Assembly: GCA_964346695.1 (NCBI GenBank)
Contig: CAYFVK010000001.1
Coordinates: 88,601 to 142,140 of the forward strand
Length of the DNA stretch: 53,540 bases
DNA from: an uncultured Mageeibacillus sp.
GTDB taxonomy: Bacteria; Bacillota; Clostridia; Saccharofermentanales; DTU023
Reading direction: 5' to 3'
Shown here: positions 47,210 to 53,540 of the stretch, piece by piece
How positions within the stretch are numbered: the first letter of the stretch is position 1
How the letters are laid out: every line of letters starts with the position of its first letter
Position numbers and translations under genes: made by a program
The notes under the pieces: model-generated
Told to the model about the DNA's origin: nothing
Databases searched by the model: none
Seen by the model: only the letters and a program-made list of their open reading frames with translations

Positions 47210-48296
47210 GATGTATCTCTCTGTATGTTTTTGCGGCAAGCTCTATTTCCCGCATCAGCTCGGGCAGCGCATTCTCTTCGGAAACTTTTTTTAATATTTC
47301 ACCTTTGCGGAATATTAAATAGAAGTTTCTGCCTCCGGCAATCCCGCAATCCGCTTCTCTGGCTTCTCCCGGTCCGTTCACGGGGCAGCCCATTACCGCT
47401 ACCTTAATCGGTTCTTCGATATCCTTTAAGAGTAATTCAACTTGTTCGGCTAATTTCTGCAGGGCAACTTCCGTACGCCCACATGTCGGGCACGCTATCA
47501 GCAAAGGTCCTTTATTTCTGAGATGAAGAGATTTTAAAATAATATACGCTGTTTCTATTTCCAAAATCGGATCCGCAGTCAGGGAGACCCTTATGGTATC
47601 TCCGATACCATCCGCTAAAAGCGCGCCGATACCTACAGCAGAACGGATAATTCCTTCTTTCGGTGTTCCGGCTTCAGTAACACCGATGTGCAGAGGATAA
47701 TCTACTTGTTCGGCTAATAACCGATAGGCGTCGATCGTCAATTTTGCATCGGAGGATTTGAGTGAAACACAAATATCGCTGAAATCATATTTTTCCAACA
47801 TGGCACAATATTTTAATGCCGAAGAAACCATCGACTCTGCGTTCACACCGCCTGACTGATCCCGAATCACCGGATCGAGAGAACCCGAATTAACTCCTAC
47901 CCGAATGGGGATATGCCTCTCTTTTGCCGCCAAAGCTATTTCTTTTACTTTTGCCTCGGAACCGATATTGCCCGGATTAATTCTGATGGCGGCTGCATTA
48001 TTTTTTATTGCAGCCAGAGCCAATCTCGCGTCAAAATGAATATCGGCTATCACGGGAATCGGTGAAAGCCTGACAATTTCTTTCAGAGCTTCTGCGGCAG
48101 CCATATCCGGAACAGCGACCCGTGTAATTTCACAACCTGCCTTAGCCATCGCTTCAATTTGCGTCAGTGTTGCTTGAATATCTCTTGTATCCGTATTATT
48201 CATGGACTGCACAGAAACAGGAGCATCGCCGCCAACGGGAACAGCGCCTACCCAGAGTTTTCTGGAATTTCTGTATCGGGTTTTATTCATAAACAT
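47196..48296 (-). CDS. ispG: 4-hydroxy-3-methylbut-2-en-1-yl diphosphate synthase (flavodoxin)
   Basis: 366 aa. VQSMNNT, RVAVP, RINPGNIG, and Fe-S cysteines CPTCGR ... GCPVNGPGE. Confidence 0.95.
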   Translation of the reverse strand: MFMNKTRYRNSRKLWVGAVPVGGDAPVSVQSMNNTDTRDIQATLTQIEAMAKAGCEITRVAVPDMAAAEALKEIVRLSPIPVIADIHFDARLALAAIKNNAAAIRINPGNIGSEAKVKEIALAAKERHIPIRVGVNSGSLDPVIRDQSGGVNAESMVSSALKYCAMLEKYDFSDICVSLKSSDAKLTIDAYRLLAEQVDYPLHIGVTEAGTPKEGIIRSAVGIGALLADGIGDTIRVSLTADPILEIETAYIILKSLHLRNKGPLLIACPTCGRTEVALQKLAEQVELLLKDIEEPIKVAVMGCPVNGPGEAREADCGIAGGRNFYLIFRKGEILKKVSEENALPELMREIELAAKTYREIHHAAN

Positions 48297-48370
48297 ATTT
48301 ATTTAATCAATCTCCAAAGCTAACGGATTATACTTTATTAAGGCAAGGCTTATAAAAGCAATACCGATAA

Positions 48371-49684
48371 TTATATGATTCGCTTAATATCAATAAAGAT
48401 GACAAATACAGCTAATAATAAGATCAAAATCATGCCGATTGCCGCAACTACATGTTTAAATTTTTGCGGTAAATCTTTGCGGATAATACCTTCTATGGCA
48501 AGAATAAGCAGATGATGACCATCTAAGGGCGGTATCGGTAACAAGTTAGTAAAGCCGATAGCAACCGAAATCATCCCAAAATAAAATAACAACTTATAGA
48601 TAGCAGCGCTGAAATCCGGACTGTCCGATACCGCGTCACCAAACATTTTCACGATTCCGACCGGGCCGGTCACACTTTCCGAAAATTTAACCTGCCCCTG
48701 AAAGATCATGGCAAAGCCTTGAATAGTCGATTTGACAATTGAAATCGGATAATAGACTGATTGGTAAATGATATCGCCGAAACGTTTAGATTCGGTAAAA
48801 TAAATACCATCCGGCAATGGATCATGATATAAAGTGGTTACCATCTCAAGTTCGAGAATTTGTCCGTCGCGCTCCACCTTAACAGTTAAATCAGTACTTT
48901 GATCCTGTTTCAGAATCTCGGAGATCCTCTCCGTCTGCTGATATGGGATATGATTGATTTCAAGCAGTTTATCCCCTTCTTTTAATACCGGATTGCCCTG
49001 GTTTGACTCAGGATCGACATAGAGAACCGTAAATTCATTATTATCGGAAATCTGTTGGGTGATCCCCATGCGATACCGGTCAACAAATTGTGGTTTTAAG
49101 ATGACCGTTTTTTTCTGTCCTTCTGCCGTTTGGGCTTCTATTTCAATATTATCCCGCGGGTCGGCAAAAGCCTGTATCATAGCATAGTCGACGGTGGTAT
49201 GAATATTTTGACGATTTACCGAGATAATCCGATCACCGGCCTCTAAACCGGATTCATAGGCCAAAGTATCATTGGGAATTTGATCGAGTACGGGAACAAG
49301 CGTGCCGAAAATAGAAAACATGATAATAAAGGCAATCAAAGCTGTAAGAAAATTAGCCAAAGGTCCGCAGGCAACCACAATAGCCCTCGCCCAGCGCGGA
49401 CGTCGGAAGAATAATCCCGGATCTTGCGGATCATAATCCGGCAAATCGGTTTCAGCCTCCTCGATATGCTCACCCGCAAATTGTACGGATGCGCCTAACG
49501 GCAATAAGCGAAAACTATATTTGATCCCGTCTTTCTCTGTTGTAAACAATCTGGGACCCATAAAAATGGAGAATTCCAAAATCTTAAATTTAAGCCATCG
49601 ACCGGCAAAAAAGTGACCGGACTCATGTACCAGCATCATCAATCCGATAATTAATAAACCAACAATAATTCCAACAACCGACAT
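48371..49684 (-). CDS. rseP: RIP (site-2) zinc metalloprotease RseP/RasP, M50 family
   Basis: 437 aa. HESGHF, internal PDZ region(s), NLLPIPPLDG. Confidence 0.92.
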   Translation of the reverse strand: MSVVGIIVGLLIIGLMMLVHESGHFFAGRWLKFKILEFSIFMGPRLFTTEKDGIKYSFRLLPLGASVQFAGEHIEEAETDLPDYDPQDPGLFFRRPRWARAIVVACGPLANFLTALIAFIIMFSIFGTLVPVLDQIPNDTLAYESGLEAGDRIISVNRQNIHTTVDYAMIQAFADPRDNIEIEAQTAEGQKKTVILKPQFVDRYRMGITQQISDNNEFTVLYVDPESNQGNPVLKEGDKLLEINHIPYQQTERISEILKQDQSTDLTVKVERDGQILELEMVTTLYHDPLPDGIYFTESKRFGDIIYQSVYYPISIVKSTIQGFAMIFQGQVKFSESVTGPVGIVKMFGDAVSDSPDFSAAIYKLLFYFGMISVAIGFTNLLPIPPLDGHHLLILAIEGIIRKDLPQKFKHVVAAIGMILILLLAVFVIFIDIKRII

Positions 49685-49763
49685 GTTTTACCTACAAAGT
49701 TATATTTGCTTTCTATTCAGACGAAATCATTAATCCACTATACCAATCCGGCAGTTCTGCCAC

Positions 49764-50939
49764 TTAGGAGATTAAAGCCGAAGTAAAACTTCTCGCCCAA
49801 CTATCCGCGGCTAAAATATCTTCTATACTATCCGCATATAAAATCTTATTCTGCAAGCAAGCCTGCATAGCCTGCTCAACCAAGGCAGTAATTTCGGGAA
49901 AAGAGATACGCTTTTCCAAAAAGGCTTGTACCGCAATCTCATTCGCCGCATTCAGAACAGCGGGCATGGAGCCGCCAACTTTAACGGCTTCATAGGCTAA
50001 GCCTAGCGCCGGAAATTTATTCAAATCCGGTTTGAAAAAACTCAAGTTCTGTAGTTTCGTTAAATCCAATCTCTCTTTATCCGGCATGGGTTTACGTTCG
50101 GGATAAGTCAGCGCAAATTGAATCGGCAGTTCCATATCCGGCAGACCTAATTGCGCAATCACACCTCCGTCAGCAAATTCTACAGCGGAATGAACAATTC
50201 CCTGCGGATGGACCAAAACCTCAATTTGATCCGCCTCAAGCTGGAACAAACGACTGATTTCAATCATTTCCAGACCCTTGTTCATCATCGTCGCGGAATC
50301 AATGGTAATCTTTTTACCCATCGACCAGATCGGATGTGCCAAGGCCTGCTCTACCGTAATGTTTTGAAAATCCGCTTCGTCTAAATCCCGAAACGGCCCG
50401 CCTGACGCGGTCAGCAGTACTCTTTCAAATAAATTGTCATGCCCCAAAAGACATTGCCAGATGGCAGACGGCTCGCTGTCGACAGGATAAATTTCAGCTC
50501 CGTATCGTTCCGCAAGGTCCAGAATAAATTCACCCGTCCCGACGATTACTTCTTTATTGGCCATTGCGATCGTCTGTTTCGCCTTGATTGCGGAAAGCAT
50601 CGGTGATAATGCCGAAAAACCGATGATGGCCATCACGATACAGTCATACGGCTGATCCGCCAATTCGCATACACCCTCAGCGCCTGATAAAATTTCAGGC
50701 TGATAATCCAATGGCTTATCTTTCATTAAGGCGAGCAAATTTTCGGCGGCACGAAGGTCGGCAACAGCGACCTGTTCCGGTCTGAATTCCCTGATCTGCT
50801 CATAGAATAAATCAATATTTCGATTACAAGTTAAAGCGGCGACTCGGAACTTTAAACGTCTGCAAACATTTAAGGTTTGTCTGCCGATAGAACCGGTAGA
50901 CCCGAACACTGCAATTTTTTTAGAAGAAAAATTTTCCAT
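49764..50939 (-). CDS. dxr: 1-deoxy-D-xylulose-5-phosphate reductoisomerase
   Basis: 391 aa. GSTGSIG, LANKE-type (MANKEVIV), HPxxSMG-type (HPIWSMGKKITIDSATMMNKGLE). Confidence 0.96.
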   Translation of the reverse strand: MENFSSKKIAVFGSTGSIGRQTLNVCRRLKFRVAALTCNRNIDLFYEQIREFRPEQVAVADLRAAENLLALMKDKPLDYQPEILSGAEGVCELADQPYDCIVMAIIGFSALSPMLSAIKAKQTIAMANKEVIVGTGEFILDLAERYGAEIYPVDSEPSAIWQCLLGHDNLFERVLLTASGGPFRDLDEADFQNITVEQALAHPIWSMGKKITIDSATMMNKGLEMIEISRLFQLEADQIEVLVHPQGIVHSAVEFADGGVIAQLGLPDMELPIQFALTYPERKPMPDKERLDLTKLQNLSFFKPDLNKFPALGLAYEAVKVGGSMPAVLNAANEIAVQAFLEKRISFPEITALVEQAMQACLQNKILYADSIEDILAADSWARSFTSALIS

Positions 50940-50948
50940 AAACTGATA

Positions 50949-51875
50949 TTAGAAAAAATAAATTAGTAAAGCAATAGACAAAATAGCGGTAAAAGTGAAA
51001 AATGTACTGTCATATCGGTCAATTATACCACCATGTCCGGGCAATAAATCAGAAAAATCCTTGATTTTACAATAGCGCTTGATACCCGAAGCAAGCCAGT
51101 CGCCGAGCTCGATCAAAGCACCGATAGAAACCGCCGCAATAATCACCAGAAGCAAAGATAAGAAATTTATCGGCAGCTGATAAAGCGGCGCCAGCAAAAA
51201 GAGATAAAGCGGCACATAAAAAATAACGGTTCCGATGATACTGCCATAAAACCCGACATAGGTCTTCTTCGGACTGAGAGCCGGAACAATCGGTTTCTTT
51301 CCCCATAAACTTCCGCAAAAATAAGCGGCTGAATCAGAAATCCAAGGTGTTACCAGAGCGATGACAAACCACAGCCAGCCTCCGGGCAAGACAAACAGCA
51401 ATAAAAAACCGCAGAACAAAGGCAATGACACATAGGCGCCGGCGGTCAGAACAACAATGATATGCACCAGCTCCTGAGCGCCATATTTCAACAAAGGTCT
51501 TAAGATCGAAATTCCGGCAATCAGTAATACGCTGATCCCGTACAGGAGAACCAGCCGGATAAATAATTCGGAATTTATATGATTATTGGTCAAGAAAAAT
51601 TGCTTGTCCTGAAACAATTTCTTGGCACTGATCAGTTCAGGACGTGTGGTAAGAACATAAAGAAATCCGGGAAGCAGCGAGAGATTAAACGCCAACAGAG
51701 ATCCTCTATTCACCTTAATATTCACGTTCAGAAGCACATTCCTCATCTCTTTGGCGGCAAGAATCGCGACGACAATTAACATCGTCGCCGTAATTTCGAC
51801 ATGCCAGAAACCGGGAACCACGAATAATCCCACAATGAATCCATAGATTAATGCTGTTTTAAGTCTTGTTCTCAT
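50949..51875 (-). CDS. cdsA: Phosphatidate cytidylyltransferase
   Basis: 308 aa polytopic protein. Signature SGIKRYCKIKDFSDLLPGHGGIIDRYDS. Confidence 0.93.
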   Translation of the reverse strand: MRTRLKTALIYGFIVGLFVVPGFWHVEITATMLIVVAILAAKEMRNVLLNVNIKVNRGSLLAFNLSLLPGFLYVLTTRPELISAKKLFQDKQFFLTNNHINSELFIRLVLLYGISVLLIAGISILRPLLKYGAQELVHIIVVLTAGAYVSLPLFCGFLLLFVLPGGWLWFVIALVTPWISDSAAYFCGSLWGKKPIVPALSPKKTYVGFYGSIIGTVIFYVPLYLFLLAPLYQLPINFLSLLLVIIAAVSIGALIELGDWLASGIKRYCKIKDFSDLLPGHGGIIDRYDSTFFTFTAILSIALLIYFF

Positions 51876-52609
51876 GATTGGATCCTGCCAAATCTGCGCT
51901 CGCGTTCTGAAAATTCGGCTAAGGCTTTTCGTAAATCTTCTTTCTTAAAATCAGGCCAGAGCTTATCACAGAAATAGAACTCACAATAGGACAATTGCCA
52001 GAGCAAAAAATTGGAAATCCTTTGCTCACCGCCCGATCTGATCAACAAATCCGGATCAGGAATACCCTTAGTATATAGGAAATCCGAAAAATTCTCCGTA
52101 TTTAATTCAGAAAAATCAAAATTGCCCTGATCTGCTTCACGCGCCATATTCCGAACCGCTCGGACAATTTCCTGACGCGCGCCATAACTCAAAGCGATAA
52201 TCAGAGTGATCCGCTCGCGCTCTTTGGATTCCTCCTCCGCTTCTTTGACCACCCTCAAAGAATCCTCCGGCAAATCATCCAAATGGCCGATAAATTTCAG
52301 CTTCACCCCTTCATCCGCCAATTCCCGGCGATATTTGCCGAAGAATTCAATAATCAATTTCATCAAAGCATTGACTTCATCTTGAGGACGACTCCAATTC
52401 TCCGATGAAAAGGCATAGACTGTTACATAAGGAATATTAAAATCCGCGCACCATCTGATAAATTTCCGCAAATTTTCCGCTCCCGCCCGATGTCCGGCTT
52501 TGCGCGGCAGGGCTCTTCGCTTCGCCCAGCGTCCGTTACCATCCATGATGACAGCCAGATGTTCAGGGATTTTTATCGAAGTGCTTTTCTTTTTAAATAT
52601 ATTTCTCAT
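51872..52609 (-). CDS. uppS: Isoprenyl transferase (undecaprenyl diphosphate synthase)
   Basis: HLAVIMDGNGRWA, AFSSENWSRP, RTSGEQRISNFLLWQ-type motif. The track start (52639) is a TTG lying inside the frr terminator hairpin. The ATG at 52609 (MRNIFKKK) is more plausible. Confidence 0.93.
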   Translation of the reverse strand: MRNIFKKKSTSIKIPEHLAVIMDGNGRWAKRRALPRKAGHRAGAENLRKFIRWCADFNIPYVTVYAFSSENWSRPQDEVNALMKLIIEFFGKYRRELADEGVKLKFIGHLDDLPEDSLRVVKEAEEESKERERITLIIALSYGARQEIVRAVRNMAREADQGNFDFSELNTENFSDFLYTKGIPDPDLLIRSGGEQRISNFLLWQLSYCEFYFCDKLWPDFKKEDLRKALAEFSERERRFGRIQS

Positions 52610-52621
52610 CAATCTTTGTCC

Positions 52622-52648
52622 AAAAAATAAGCCGGACAAAATCCGGCT
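52622..52648 (-). terminator. Intrinsic terminator (probably leaky) between frr and uppS
   Basis: The minus strand reads AGCCGGA-ttttg-TCCGGCT followed by TATTTTTT. Confidence 0.6.
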
Positions 52649-52674
52649 GCTTTATCCAGATTCACATTAATTAA

Positions 52675-53247
52675 TTATATTTCCATTAACTCTTTTTCTT
52701 TGCGTTCAACGGTTTTATCCACTTCAGCAATATATTTATCGGTCAACTCCTGCATATCTTGTTCAAAATTATACAATTCATCTTCACTGATTTGATTGTT
52801 TTTCTGATGAGCGCGATATTTATCAATGCCTTCACGCCGCACATTTCTTACGGCAACTTTAGCGTTTTCACCCAATTTATTAACATCCTTGACCAAATCT
52901 TTACGCCGTTCTTCCGTTAACTGTGGAAAAACCAGACGAATCATCTTGCCGTCATTTTGCGGATTAATGCCCAAATCAGACATATTGATCGCCTTTTCGA
53001 TTTCTTTCAGCATCTTTGCTTCCCAGGGCTGTATGGTAATCATTCTGGCTTCAGGCACTTGTATATTAGCGACTTGATTTAAGGGCGTATCCATTCCATA
53101 ATAATTAACCATAATTTTATCGAGCAATCTGGGATTGGCACGACCCGCTCTGATGCCGTTAAAATTATCTTCCAAGGCCTTAACCGCCCCTTTCATCTTA
53201 TCTTCAAAAGGAAGAAGTGATGCCGCATCGACAGTAATCTCTGACAT
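52675..53247 (-). CDS. frr: Ribosome recycling factor
   Basis: 190 aa. IRAGRANPRLLD, ITIQPWE, LPQLTEERRKDL-type motif (FPQLTEERRKDLVK). GGAGG RBS. Confidence 0.97.
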   Translation of the reverse strand: MSEITVDAASLLPFEDKMKGAVKALEDNFNGIRAGRANPRLLDKIMVNYYGMDTPLNQVANIQVPEARMITIQPWEAKMLKEIEKAINMSDLGINPQNDGKMIRLVFPQLTEERRKDLVKDVNKLGENAKVAVRNVRREGIDKYRAHQKNNQISEDELYNFEQDMQELTDKYIAEVDKTVERKEKELMEI

Positions 53248-53342
53248 AAAAACCTCCGTTATGTTTATTTTTTGAATTGGCTCTTCTATTATACATAAAA
53301 ATTATATGTATATACAGCCCGGACAGCCCCGTTCTCTAATCG

Positions 53343-53371
53343 AAAATGCCGGGAATTTTCCCGGCATTTTT
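53343..53371. terminator. Bidirectional intrinsic terminator
   Basis: aaaatgccggga (53343-53354) pairs with tcccggcatttt (53359-53370) around a 4-nt loop. A/T tracts on both sides let it terminate the minus-strand gene ending at 53392. Confidence 0.75.
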
Positions 53372-53391
53372 AAGATATCACTCGGTGATTA

Positions 53392-53540
53392 TTAAAACTC
53401 AAGATTCTTTTCAGTTTCTTTGGAAAACAGATGAACAACATTGCCGTTCATCGTAAAAGTAATATCACTGTCCATTCCAAAATTCGCATTCAAGCCGTTT
53501 GTCGGAACAATCATGATAACATCTCTGCCCTGTGCGGTAA
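53392..53540 (-). CDS. C-terminal 49 codons of an ABC-transporter ATPase with a MalK/MsmX-type TOBE tail (5' part outside the window)
   Basis: Manual translation of the minus strand gives ..TAQGRDVIMIVPTNGLNANFGMDSDITFTMNGNVVHLFSKETEKNLEF*. The VHLF(D/S)xET ending is typical of MsmX/UgpC/MalK C-termini. It is not in the ORF track because its start lies outside the window. Confidence 0.45.
   Translation of the reverse strand, partial: TAQGRDVIMIVPTNGLNANFGMDSDITFTMNGNVVHLFSKETEKNLEF

Noticed and set aside
53392-53540. Expectation that the partial minus-strand ORF upstream of frr is pyrH (UMP kinase)
   Set aside because: The manual translation ends ..VHLFSKETEKNLEF*. This resembles a MalK/MsmX-type ABC ATPase tail rather than the UMP kinase C-terminus.
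1-53540. Search for CRISPR arrays, IS elements or transposases, prophage genes, toxin-antitoxin pairs and defence-island gene sets
   Set aside because: I found no spaced direct-repeat arrays, no transposase or integrase-with-cargo context, no restriction-modification, Cas, abortive-infection or toxin-like ORFs. All large ORFs have housekeeping or transporter assignments except those flagged in the findings.

Overview
This window looks like core chromosome from a low-GC Gram-positive bacterium (Firmicutes/Clostridia-like gene order), about 90% coding. In order it contains: the 3' end of a sortase-anchored surface protein; glmS; tRNA-Leu(CAA) and tRNA-Trp(CCA); a tightly coupled 4-gene operon (membrane protein, MoxR AAA+ ATPase, DUF58, transglutaminase-like membrane protein); miaB-mutS-mutL-miaA followed by a divergent hfq-like gene; lexA with two Cheo-type SOS boxes and a divergently transcribed membrane-protein gene; and a DAG-kinase-family lipid kinase. 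A minus-strand run follows (asd, LacI regulator, Zn-ADH, BMP-type ABC importer, NUDIX), then a XerC/D-type recombinase and folP. The rest is two classic Firmicutes housekeeping clusters on the minus strand: priA-def-fmt-Zn peptidase-rsmB-rlmN-[opposite-strand C39-like gene]-stp-prkC-rsgA-rpe-thiN, and frr-uppS-cdsA-dxr-rseP-ispG-polC. I found no CRISPR array, IS or transposon, prophage or recognisable defence island, and I cannot honestly point to a clear novel multi-gene system. The points most worth a second look are: (1) a PolC whose built-in proofreading exonuclease motifs appear destroyed; (2) an Hfq-like protein lacking the canonical Sm2 YKH motif, whose 3' end overlaps lexA by 39 nt; (3) a LexA-box-controlled single-pass membrane protein, a candidate SOS division inhibitor; (4) the uncharacterised MoxR/DUF58/transglutaminase operon with an extra membrane protein; (5) a C39-like peptidase gene inserted antisense into a conserved cluster. 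Several track ORFs start at TTG or GTG, and I trimmed them to better-supported ATG starts.
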